A program made the position numbers and the translations under genes. Of a DNA stretch of 64,000 nucleotides, positions 50,390-62,720 are shown piece by piece (position 1 is the stretch's first letter; each line of letters starts with the position of its first letter). This stretch comes from Nemertoderma westbladi (lineage: Eukaryota; Animalia; Xenacoelomorpha): positions 1 through 64,000 of the forward strand of contig JAUCBJ010001204.1 of the NCBI GenBank assembly GCA_032718475.1, given 5' to 3'. Below the pieces are notes generated by a model, which saw only the letters and a list, made by a program, of their open reading frames with translations, was not told where the DNA came from and did no database searches.

Positions 50390-50770
50390 ACCTCTGTAAC
50401 CTGCCCCTTTCCTTCATAATTGTTATCAACATATTTTATTGCTTTGCTTATAAAACACCGCCTATAATCTTATCCGTTCCCTCAATTTGAAATAAATGTT
50501 ATCGTTTATTGCTTTTATCAGAAAAATACCACTTTTATAACCTGTTCCTTTCACTCAATTCGTAACGATATATTTTATTACTTTGGTTAGGTAAACCGGC
50601 CTCTGTAATAAATTTCCTACTCCTTTTCCAGAATTGGTATCGATATATTTTATTATTTTGGTTAGGAAAGCCAATAACCTCTGTAACCAACTCCTTCCAT
50701 CAATTCATAATTACATCGTTTTTTTGTTTTGGATAAAAAATTCCGCTCCTGTAAAAGCATGCTTTCCTTC
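50390..50770 (-). repeat. Diverged array of the same ~62-bp repeat family
   Basis: Repeated ctctgtaacctgc..tttcc...tttattg.tttggtta. Confidence 0.7.
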
Positions 50771-52193
50771 AATTAGATGTTTGTTTTAAGCGATATGTAT
50801 ACATATACTATTTTAGTTATCATGTTCTTTAATTGGGAAATTATCAGAGACTGTTTTAATTACAGTTTGTTTAGGCAATTGAATTGGGGTCACTTATCTA
50901 CGTAAACAACAGCTAGCATATTTTGCCCAACCCCTACCTACCCATTATTAATAATGGGAACATTATTTCGATCATCACACCGGTAATGAAGAAAATGATA
51001 TAGAAAATGAATTGCTGAAAACAGCTTGATTATTCTCATCCAATCAAAATGTTCTAAAGTGTCTCCGACCAATAGAAATTCGGAATCAACTAGTACTTCT
51101 GTATTGTACAATAAGGCGGTATAAAACCAAAGTATAATGCGCTTATGAAGTTGAATATCACACAATCCAAGCTCAGTAATAATTACGGTACGTTTTATAT
51201 ACGAATTTATTTGATTAAGAAAGATTTATATTGGATTGGCTTTATTATATTGGACTGGCCTAAAATAATGCCTCTCAGAGAATTGATTTTTCTAATGATT
51301 TGTTTTATTTCCGTTTCTCAATGTTTGACAGGTTAGTTAATGTCTATGTCCAATTATTGGATATATTGTACACCAGCTTCATCTCACAGAGAGACAGGGC
51401 GGGGTAGGTGGGGGCGGGGTAGGTGGGTCTTTTTTTATTCTATCCAGTGCCGAATTTAATGGAGATTTCAAATCTGCAAGTAGTTTTCTCATATCTTTTC
51501 TCAAACTCAAGTTATTACCCAAAATGTAAGAACTCGTCTGATTTTTGACAAGCCTTCGAGCAGCACGATATTTTACAATTGTACGGGGCCCTTTTCATAA
51601 AGGTTGTTTTACTAGTTATATTATAAGTTTAGCAAGCATGAAAAATTTCGTTGAATTTCATTCATTTTTGACAAAGTTATTGTTGAACATTCACGTAAAA
51701 GGCTTTTTTGACCAATTTTTAGGCCAATTTTAACTGAAATGAGATGAAATTTGGTACACTTGTTAAGAATGGCTTTCTCCATACTTCGACTGAAGAAATT
51801 TAGGTGGAAATGCCCTGGAGCCTTTTTATAACAAAAAGGCCTAAAAGCCCTTTTTTGTCTTTTTGTTCTAAAAAGGCTCCTGAGCATTTTAGACAAAATT
51901 TGTTCAGAACAATTGGATGCAGGGTTCTTCTGAACTTATATTCCAAATTTCGACAAATTTCAACAATTATTGCTGGAGAAATAGCCCTTGGCGCAAAAAG
52001 GCATTTTTGGCCATTACGGAACCATTTTGGTGCCACTTTTAAAAATATATGGTTTGGTTATTCTTACTCAGTCCTGACGATGTTTAGTAGCACAAAAAAT
52101 AATTTTCACCCAATTTTATGGTCCAGAGACACACAAATGTGAGGTTTAAATTTGGGGGTGCTAAGGGAAAGTTTAATTAATACTACTGTATTA

Positions 52194-52875
52194 CTAGAAA
52201 GCCAGCAAGCTGGCTATAAGAAGACCGTCTATAAGACAACAAAACCGAAAAACTAAAAATGATAATCTAACCCCCAATCAAATATCAATCGCAATCAATA
52301 TGTAAACCCCTCCCACCCTCCATGCAAGCCTTGGAGAAAGCAGAATTAATGCCATGACCAGTTCGGAGTAATCAATAGACAACCCACCCCAACCATTGGA
52401 TTTACTGAGACTATCTGTACTCCAACCAGCTTGCTACCTGTCTTCCCAGCTAGCCAGAGTTAAATAATTATACAACGTTGCTATGATACAGAGAAAATCC
52501 TTCCCTATTCGCTACCATAGGCAAAGTTCAGGCTGTGTGAGGGAATATTACATATTTATACACTATTTTATTTTCAATCAATAAATAATCATACATCGTT
52601 ATATTAAACACTCGAATATAATAAAAACTTTGTGAGAATGGGACACGGCGAATCGACCTGTGCTATTTTTATACAGCAAGAGCTTACTTTTACCCGCTTA
52701 AATAATTAATAACCGAAATAAGAACCCAAATAATCAATACATTTCTTTGTATAGTTTGCCATGAAGTAGAGCACTTCTTACCCTTCCAAGCCAATATCAA
52801 TGTGCACAAACATACATACAGACAAACACACATAAGTTTTTTTTGACAGCAAGAAGCCCTGACGGTCTTCTAATT
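52194..52875 (-). mobile_element. Non-autonomous Helitron2/HINE-like element
   Basis: Minus-strand 3' end is hairpin agccagc-aa-gctggct plus CTAG|T. Asymmetric IR agaagaccgtc (52219) / gacggtcttct (52861). Short caga/cata microsatellite near the other end. Confidence 0.7.
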
Positions 52876-53589
52876 ATCATTGTGATTGGCAGGTTACAGA
52901 GGCACCCAAAGCAATAAACTAAACGAAATTAATAACGCATGTTACTGTTTGTAATCAGTCATAATTTGAGTCCATTTCCCTTGCAGATTCATGAAATTGA
53001 TTGGTATGGCACCTAATGAGTACATTTTTATGAATGTTGGTAATCCAATACACCAATGCAATGTAGGCAAAAGACTCCTACTTTATTTTTAAGCCAAATA
53101 ATTAAGTTGGCCTACCTTGCTAGTTACCTGCAAGTTGGTCTACCATCTAGACCATTGCATCAGTTCAGCTAAATATTCATGTAAAAAAGTAATGTTTATT
53201 AACAATCTGATTATTTCTTGAAGGGATTCCTATTGGTTTGAGGGATTTTAAATTACATAATTTATGCAATTTAAATTCAATTTAGCCAATAATTTTGTTA
53301 GAATAAGAAATGATTAAGGCGGCAGTGTGCCGCCTTTGAGGGTAGGGTATAGGTAATAATGTGGTTATCTTCTTAATAGAAAAATCTCTGGTACGTCAAG
53401 AAAATAACATGTTAATAACATGTTGACACATATTACATTAGCCCTACACTACAGGGCGGCCTTAATATCCAATAGATGCGCTCTTGTCCTCACCAATGTA
53501 CTTTCCTGCCCACTATTGGCTTAACCTGATTAATTCTCACCTCGCAACTCCCTGTTGGCATTGTCCCTTGATGCTAGCCTTACTCCGCA

Positions 53590-53882
53590 ATACGGGTGCT
53601 CCGCTTTACGGGTACTCCGCATTATCGGTACTCCGCGTTACGGGTACTCCGCTTTATGGGTACTCCGCGCTACGGGTACTCCGCGTTATGGGTACTCCGC
53701 ATTACGGGTACTCCGCGTTACGGGTACTCTGCCTTACGGGTACTCCGCTTAAAGGGTACTCCGCATTACGGGTACTCCGCTTTACGGGTACTCCATGTTA
53801 AGGGTACTCAGCTTTACGGGTACTCCGCATTACGGGTACTCCGCATTACGGGTACTCCGCTTAACGGGTACTCCGCGTTACG
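53590..53882. repeat. 16-bp minisatellite (tacgggtactccgcgt)
   Basis: About 18 units between a partial LTR copy (53421-53590) and the putative LTR. Confidence 0.92.
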
Positions 53883-54396
53883 TGTGACGGAATCCGCTGG
53901 AGTTGACCGTGGTGGATTCCGACTGGTGTGTGGATTGTACGCGTCGTCGCGTCCGTGGGCTGCTGGGCTAACGCTGGATATATATATATATTAGGCCGAA
54001 GGCCGTTGAAAACAACAGAGTTAAAATGTCAGTATTAATAATCACAGTAATTGATAATAGCACAGTCTGAATATAATAATATGCAATACAACGGTCAGTA
54101 ACAACGACGGTCAAAACTATTCCGGTCTCACAACTGTAAGGAAATCAACTAAACTAATAATCAGTAATCACAACGGTTATATCATTGACACATATTACAT
54201 TAGCCATACACTACAGGGCGGCCTTAATATCCAATAGATCAGCTCTTGTCCTCCCCAATGTACTTTCCTGCCGACTATTGGCTTAACCTGATTAACCTGC
54301 TTAACCTGTTAGCGTTGTCCCTTGTTGCTAGCCTTGCTAGCTTGTTTGTCCCTCTGAGGTGGTTTGACCTCTCACCTTTCTCTGTGGCTTACGGCG
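53883..54396 (-). repeat. Putative 3' LTR of Bel/Pao element
   Basis: Begins TGTGACG on + strand. Bordered by a poly-C tract (54402-54414), which is a minus-strand polypurine tract. Segment 54185-54330 is duplicated at 53421-53580. No matching 5' LTR seen in the window. Confidence 0.45.
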
Positions 54397-55759
54397 TATG
54401 TCCCCCCCCCCCCCAGTTGGTTATGAAGTGAGATTATTGTTGGTGATCTCACCTCACCAACTATATTGGTAAAATGCCACTAACTTAGGAGTTTGTACTG
54501 TTGCGTTCATCTGGTGCCTTCCAGGCACACTTACACCCCTGTTCCTGTGTCCTAGTTTGCTCCTCCCGTCTTCGGGAACCATCTGAGTTCCTTGCCCCTA
54601 TCATCATCTTGCCTAGGCCGTTTCCTTCCTTCCTGTTTATCCTTGAGGCTACTCATCCCTTGCCGATACCGTCTAACCAAGCCCCGTTGTTGGTTCTTTG
54701 GGTGCAGGTGTTATCAACTCCCAGTATCGCTTCACAGGTGGTCCCACTGAATGTCCCTCCTGTCTCCCTCTGGTAGTATCCCACAAGATCATCTTCATCG
54801 CCCACGACCCGGAACTTCTCCTCATCGTCCATCTCCTCATCGTCGGCGCTGCCAAGTGCAGCAATATAGTTCTAGCCAATCCTCCCAACCCCCTTCTCGA
54901 GCCCTCGTCATCCTCCACAGTCCCTTCATCGTTTAGGACCATGTATCCGCCCCTCTCCACGGAATCTACAAATCTCCTCCACTCCTTCCTCGGTGGTTCC
55001 CTTGGATACTTTGGTATCCCGAACTTCGCCTCGTCTCCCTTCACAATGTAGCGAAGATGCTCGTGGATAGCGTTGTCCAATGATGGCGTCCCGTAGGTCC
55101 CGACCAGTCGTCGCTCATGCATCTCCCTAAACTGGTCCTGTAGCGCGTGCGCTCTGTGACCCTTTGGTAGTAGTTTGTAGTATCACTTCGTCTTCTCCGG
55201 ATGCCTCTGCGTGAAGTCCACTAGCAACTCTTTTCCAGTCTTCTCCGACTTTCTCTTCTTTACTAATTTCTCCGCCATCACCAATCTTCACGCTCTCACC
55301 CAACTGTTGGGGCCCTACAAAGGCTCAGTTTAAGCCAGAGGGTTGTCAAACAGAATGTTAATTGTCCCAATCAGTGATAGCCTACCTCCTATATTACGTT
55401 TTTGGTATATTTTATACAAATATACCCCCTAAGTGTCAATTTACCCTAAATTTGTAATTTTTGTCCGTTGCTTTTATTAATGATTCTAGAATTCCCTCCC
55501 TCCAGTTGCCATAATTTGTTAATCTTCTAATTTTGTTATTATTTATATTCCCCCTTTATGTGTGCTATTATTAACTGTCATTGGATCACTTACTTAAGTA
55601 ACCCTTCTACTTGTATACAGAGAAGACTAGCTACAGTTTTCTCATTACTGTGCTAGCTTCCTACCAGACAGTTTTCTGGCTCTGCAACAATATCCTACAT
55701 CTGTACTACGGGCTTAGCGGTACAGTAGTCTATTTCGTGCGGCCTACACAGTCTATCCT

Positions 55760-55985
55760 ACTGTGCCCACATGCCCCCCTTTTCCCTCACGTGGCTCCCT
55801 TAGTGCCCACAGGTTTACGGTACTGTGTACCCTTCTACTACGGTATGCGTACATACCCCCCAATTCCTCATGTGGTGCCCTCAGTGCCCACAAGTTTTAC
55901 GGTACTGTGTACCCTTCCACTACGGTATGTGTACATACCCCCCCAATTCCTGATGTTGCGCCTTCAGTGCTCACAAGTTTACGTA
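55760..55985. repeat. ~78-bp tandem repeat, ~3 copies
   Basis: cagtgcccacag.tttacggtactgtgtacccttc.actacggtatg repeated. Confidence 0.8.
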
Positions 55986-56499
55986 TGTAAATTAGGTACG
56001 TTGGTACATTATTTCTACCCATCCGACCTACATAATTGTATGGTAAAATACTGATAATAAAACTACCTACATTTGTATATTATGTACGTACATACATAAT
56101 ATCTACTATCTACCTACAGCGTACCTTGGTACTAACTACTTATTTTATTATTTTGCTTATTTTTGTTTTATTTTGTGGGAAGGGTGTATCGCCCTCATTC
56201 CCACCCCCTCAGTCCAACTTATTGGACGACTTAACAACCTAAGGGCGATTCTTTCAGCAGGCAACTCTCCCACTGCCCCCCTGTAGGTTCTCTTAATCTT
56301 CGTCCCACTCTCCTTGTCAATTCCAACTCTCTTGGAATATACCTTCCCTTCTCCTCCACCCTAAAATTGGGTCTTTCCGTCACCTCACTGATCTCCTCGT
56401 GGTCCCCTGGCAGCAAAATGCCACCCTTCATCTTGTCGTCATTTGGCAGTAGAATGCTGCCCTTTATGTCATCCTCACTGGTACATGCCACCTCTGCTG

Positions 56500-59400
56500 G
56501 CCTCCCCCTCAATATGTGCGCCGGCGTTAAAGCCCCCAATGACCCCCGGTCATCCTTCGGTACGCATAATGGCATAATGGCCCCGTGTACAACACGTCTC
56601 CTCTAACTTTCCTGCCTCCTTTGTCACGCTTCGTTATCGGCTTCTCTGCCTTTGGTTTAATCTTCCCACATCCTCTCCCTTTCCACCTTGTCTTCTTATT
56701 ATACCTCCTCCCCATCGGTATGCTTCTCAACTGGACCGGCGTCTGTTCTGGACATCTATCCGGATATCTCGCCGTCCACTCTTCTCCATCCTCATACCGA
56801 TACTCGCCAGGAACATCTATGTTCCATCCCATCGCCTCTAGGTCCTCTGCGTCAAACCCATTCTCCTCCGCCCACTCCCTTGGTGTTACTTGTCGTCCTG
56901 TCACCTCTTCCAACGGTACTTCTCTGGATTCGCTCTCCACCCTTTTCATTATACGTGGATCCAGATCCATACCCATCCCCGACTCCTGGTGTCCTTCCTC
57001 GGGCTGCTTCCCATATGGGACCTCCCCATCGCCCGTCTTTGACTTCTGCTCAGGCCGCTTCCCATATGGGACCTCCCCATCGCTCGTCTTTAGTTTCTCC
57101 TCAATGTCCTCAACAGTACCGGACAGCATGCATCCTGATATTTCGGATACACCAAACGGTGTCCTCGTCTTAATTGGGCCAGTGAGCGTCCATCCAAATG
57201 GCGTGAGAATGGCCATCGGGTCTCGCTCCCTGTCATCGCCAAAAATGATCTGTAGTCTCTCATGGGCTGTCAGACAGTCCATGCCGACTATGAGAGATAC
57301 TTTCGAGACATCCAGTTCGGGCACAGAGAAGTCGATATTATCCAGGTACCCGTATTGCTCGACCTCGATCTTTGTGGGTCGCCTGGCGTTAATATTGATC
57401 GATTCTATTATCTGAATGGGTTCGATCGCACCCTGGTGTTATCGCTGTTATCTCACAGCGTCCCTTTCTCATTCTCATGACCTCGTCCTTACTGGAAATA
57501 GTGGTTACCGCCATTTTACTTGGCCTCGTCCGTAACCCTATCCTTTTGGCCACCCAACTCTCCGTTAGCGTGAATGCTGCTCCACTATCGACCAACATCA
57601 GTGTCATAACCGGCTCTACTCCCAGCTCCTTGTGGACTACAAGTCCCCTGCATGGCCGCATGCTGTAGCGACTGTCTCACTTTCGGAAATGCATCCACTG
57701 AACTATGTTCTGGTTTAGGTCGGCTGCATTCCGCTTTCGGTACCTTCCCCAAACTGTCCTCACTGTAGACTGGGTCTGTGATTAATTCTGCCTCGTAGTT
57801 AAGGAAGTTCGACATCTCCTCCAGCCCTGGCTCCGCACCTTTCCTTTCTCGGGTGGAGAAAGCGATCTTTCTCCACTTATTTCTCAGCCAGATCGGTAGT
57901 GCCTGCGCTATTGTAGTGATATTGTTTGATGCATTGAGTTCGTAAGGTGCATCCAGAGTTTTTAATATTATCAGGCCTTTTCTACTTTATTAGCGAAGGT
58001 CTTGATGCTGACGGGATTGTCTGTGAGTCTGCCTGATGTTATTCCCCTTAAGGTTTGTCGGATAATCTTCGCAGGATGGCCGAATTCCCTGTCCAGGGCT
58101 CGCCATGCAGTCGTGAATCCTCCTTCAATACCTTGGTATTGTCTCACGATGTCGTATGCTGGCCCCCTGTATAGACTTGTAGATATTTAAGGCACTCCGC
58201 CTGCATGAGGTTTTTTGTTAGGATTTCGTTGCTGTACATACGCCGGAATTGCAGATATTCCTCCGGCTTGCTACCATCAAACTTGAAGGGCTCCACTGGC
58301 GGCAGCTCGATTCTAGTTTTTAGTGCGTCGATGAGTGTTGCCATTCCCATCGATTGTACTTCCAGGGCGCTCGATGGCAGGATATATCATTGGGGGTAGC
58401 GGTCCCCTCCATATCTCTGTGTCGCACGATTTGTTTGGATCTGAGGGGGTCGGGGTTCTTGTTTTTGGTTGTGTATAATGCGGATACTGTAATGGGGGAA
58501 TGTCACCCTGCCCCCCCCCCCCCCCCACCGATGTTATGTTTGGTACTGGGGTTGATGTTATTATATTGGGGCCCATACACCTATCTGCAATACCCCTCCC
58601 CTCCCCTGGGTATATATTGTATCCCTCTGCATGTTATAGTCATACTGGTGTGCAGGTACTGGTATAGGCCTATCGGCTCCTTGCCTATTAACCGGTATGT
58701 ATGCTGCGACCTCCGGGTCCAATCCCATCATTCACGCTACCCTATCGCCTACACTATCTCTCCCAGCATGGCCTATTGTATGTGCAGTAAGGCCTACAGT
58801 ATGTCCTGCAGTCTGCCTGTGTCCTTCTGGATCGAAGTTTAATCTTCTCGAGTATTCTGAGAACTCCTCCCCGCGACTACCATATTCTCGGTCGGCAGCT
58901 ACGTTCTGACGGGAAGTTCCTCTCCGATCCCCTCTCCTGTCTTCTTCCTCGTACCGGTACACTCTGTACCCCTCTCCCGGCGTGTGGTATATTTCACCAG
59001 GTTGTGTTTCTCCGGGGCTACAGCAATCTCCCGGAGTATGACCCCACCGGCTCTCCTTCTCGACTTCGACTATCGGCGGTTCACTGTCCGTCCTTCCCCT
59101 CTGGTTGCCCATAGCAACGCTTCCTCTTCCCTCTTCGATTCTTTTGACTTCAGTGTGATATCCTCCCTCATGAGATCTCATTTCGACCTCCCGGAAGAAC
59201 TCCGCTGTTCTTCTCCCATCTTCCGAGTGGGCACAACGTTTCCTCGTTTGGCCGCTTACGGCGGCACCAATGTCCCTCCCTCTGCCCGGTTGGACGGCCC
59301 CGCGGATATTCGCAGTCCTCCTACTATCCTCTGTTGCCGGGTGCCATGGTTCACTTAACTCACCATATGCATTATCTGCCGACGCTCGTGGGACATTCTC

Positions 59401-60425
59401 TGCCCCCCCCCCCCCCCCCCCTCTCATCCACCGTCGGGTGCCATAGTTCACTTAACTCACCGTGCGCATTATCCGCCGACCCTCGTGGGACATTCTCTGC
59501 CCCCCCCCCCCTCTCGTCATTAATTGGTTGTGGCGGGGTGCCCGTAGCCCCCAGCCCCCCCCCCCCCCCACCCGTCACCTCTTATTTCGCCCCATGTTCC
59601 GTTCCAGTCGACACGTTAGTTCTACCCTCACTGGGTTCATTCACCCCCGCTCCTCCCTGCGCAACTGCGTGGCCTTGTTTTCTCTCACTAGGCAAATTGC
59701 CTGTTCCCCCTACGTTTATATTAATTGCACCGCTAATAGTCTCGCCCTGTTGGTTTGCTACGTTATTAATTATATTATTTTGATTAATTCCACCGGGGTT
59801 ATTTATTATATTGTTATTTGAATTATTATTTAAATTATTTAAATTATTTTGATCTACATTATTTATATTATTCAAATTATTTTGTTCACCATTATTTACA
59901 TTATTACTTAAATTATTTTGTGCACCAATGTTAGAATTATTACCGGGCAAAATATTATCTCCTGCAAGAAAAGGTGCCATTTTTGCCAGTTCTAATCGGT
60001 GCTTCTGTTTCGCCTGGTATTGCATTAACCCCCTCAACCGGGTATGCATATCATCCTGCAATCGTTTGCCCGCCCTCTCTCTTTCTCTATCTTCTCTAAC
60101 TCATTTGACAGTTGACTAATTCTGTCTCCCTCGCCTTCCACTCTCTACATTCGTCCACCTCCCTCGCCTCCCGCTCTTTCCGCTCATTTTCCACTACCTC
60201 CTCCCGCTCTTTGCGCTCGTTTTCCACTCTCTCATCACGTTCTTTGCGCTCATTTATCTCTCTTTCCTCCCGCCCCCTATAGTTTATCGCCACCCTCTCG
60301 GCCCTCTCTTTACACTCTCTCGCTAATTCCCTCTCCCTCTCTAGTCCCTCGTCCAATTGTCTCTCTAGTTCCTTTTGATCCAGCGCTACAATATCTAATT
60401 GACACGCCAGATCTATCTCTAACAC
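56500..60425 (-). pseudogene. Bel/Pao gag-protease polyprotein, frameshifted
   Basis: E/R coiled coil; ELPPVEPFKFDGSKPEEYLQF (DUF1759-like gag); ALPIWLRNKW...FL..EAE...DPVYS; aspartic protease LVDSGA; SLIVGMD...PMAILTPFGWTLTGP (Pao peptidase). Confidence 0.85.
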
Positions 60426-62139
60426 CCTTCTTGCTTTCGCAGAGGATGTAGCGGACTTTCGGTTGAGACGGAGCTGTCTGTCCTACTAATTTTCCCGCGT
60501 TTGCTGCGATTCCTACTAACCAATGACACTGAATCTTCGGGGTTACCTCGGATTCGGTGTTGTGCGGATCCGCCCATCCCACTAACTTAATCCCCCTCGC
60601 ATCTACCAGATAAGGCCCTAGGTAAACAATGCTGGCCTCCGCCACCTCGGATCGCTACAATTCAAACAGTTCAGTGGTGACCCCCGTTGCCCTCTCTGTA
60701 AAAGCTTTTGCGGAATTGGCTGGTTATTTTCCCCGCAAAGTACTCTGTAGTTGGTTTGACGGGCATAAAAGGCCGTTTCATTACTGTACTGGTGTTTTAG
60801 TGGACATAAAAAGCCATTTCTTCTGTATGTGTACTTTAGCGGACATAACTAGCAATTTTATGTCGCAATACGCTAAAATCCTCTTGACACAGTGTAGTTA
60901 CTATGACGACGGCTAACAGCTGATCTGTACACGTGTAGCTTTTCCTTTGTCTCTTTGTTTGGACAACCAATCAGAGCGATTCTCCTGTTATTTGTACAGA
61001 AACCTCACTGTTTATGTTTACCTTTTTTGCCTGATGCCAGAAGACCGGCTTTGGAACCTCTGTGTTTTTCAGGCTTCAGTCCTACATTAGTAGGCTTGAT
61101 CATCGAAACGTATATCTGTTATCAAACCACAAACAAACTCAACAAACTAATCAATGCAAATCATATTGTCAACTACAAACACCGCATTTTTACTGCTATT
61201 TACTGTCGGTTATTAATTATATCAGTTGATGGAATATTATTATATTTGGATAATATCGGTGAATAATCATAAAACCCCCAATCTTCTTGATATACTGAAG
61301 GTAAGAGAGACCGGTTACATATAACAATTGCGACTTACTTTAAAGTGGTTTTGGAGTGAATTTAATGCTATTTCATAGGCACTACATGAGTCGGTTGTTG
61401 TTCTCTTCATATGTGACTAAAATCAGTGAAGGTAGGCAGATCGGTGTGCAGCATTGTGCGGTAGTGTGCATGATTGTGACTGATAACGAAGCATCTCCTA
61501 AAGAATGCGATTTATACGTGAATCTATAGCCATCCCGTTGTGTCTAGTGTAAGTCATAACTCTGTTTACATATTTAGAGCGCCACGTCCTAAAGGAACTG
61601 TTAATATTTCCCAAAAGTGAATAATATTGGTCAGAAATTATATCTTAACGATCAGTTGAATAATACAGTAGGCCTACGCCGCAATAAGGTCAAGCCCCCG
61701 AATCCAGTCTCCCGGGTATATCCAGCGGGTGAATGGTCGCGCATAGACTGGCTTCGGCTAATGTTGTGAATCAAATATTTGTCATAGGCTAAAGTCGATT
61801 TATAATCTAGAAGACATATAAATTTGGCAGGTTAAACTGCTAAAGGTCTGAAAGCGCGAACAATAACAGATATAGCTTCTTTATTGCACGTAGGCAATAA
61901 AAGGGCAAAAGTACCGGTCGACCGGTAACTAGTAGGCCTAACTACCTAACCACCCGAACCGGTACTTACAGCAGTACAGGTACTAGTATTATTTCGATTG
62001 TGATATTGTATACCGGTAGGCTGTTTAAGAGATTAGGGACTGTACACCCCTTGTTTCTTTTGGAGCTTACTTATTTCTGTCAGTTTTATTTACTTGTAGG
62101 TTAATATTGAGCAGAAGACGTGTAAGCCTGCCCAGAATA

Positions 62140-62720
62140 TACAGATAATTTGTAGGCTGGACTGTTCTCTGACTGTTGTTAAGTCTGAGGAGATTGTAGT
62201 GTGTGTAGAGCGTATGTCCGAAAACGTACTAGTTAGGAACGTAGGGGCTTCCAGTGCTGTGAGGTAAATTCCCTCGAAAGAATAAGTCGTACTACTCGGT
62301 TAGAACGCATACTAACTAACCATTTCGGAGTCTGCATATACTGTAGTTTGTTTAGGCTTGATAGTGGTCTGCCAGCGTTTGGTCTGTACTTTGTTTGTGT
62401 AGTCTGTACGGGTAGCGTAATATTTCTTATTTAGATAATTTGTAGGCTGGATTGTTGCCTAGCTGTTGTTAGGTTTGAAGAGATTGCGGTGTATGTACAG
62501 TGTATGTCCGATAAAGTACTAGTTAGGAACGTAGGGGCTTCCAGTGTTGTGAGGTCAATCCCCTTGAAAGAATAAGTCATACTACTCAGTTAGAACGCAT
62601 ACTAACTAACCATTTCGGAGTCTGCAAATACCGTAGTTTGTTTAGGCTTGATAGTAGTCTGTCAGCATTTGGTCTGCATTTTGTTTGAGTAGTCTGTGCG
62701 CGTAGCGTAATATTTATTAT
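62140..62720. repeat. ~290-bp tandem duplication
   Basis: agataatttgtaggctgga at 62143 and 62433. Internal gtactagttaggaacgtaggggcttccagtg is shared. Confidence 0.9.

Larger units (their letters stand above)
53883..60700 (-). mobile_element. Degenerate, internally deleted Bel/Pao LTR retrotransposon
   Basis: Gag and protease motifs present, RT/RNaseH absent, integrase C-terminal remnant LTPAHILRGR. The 5' boundary is unresolved and may extend off the window. Confidence 0.75.

Noticed and set aside
51300-52170. Possible additional non-autonomous DNA element or ORFs
   Set aside because: TE-like composition, but no termini or protein motifs could be defined.
53484-53994. GYSALRVLR repeat ORFs
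   Set aside because: Translations of the 16-bp minisatellite.
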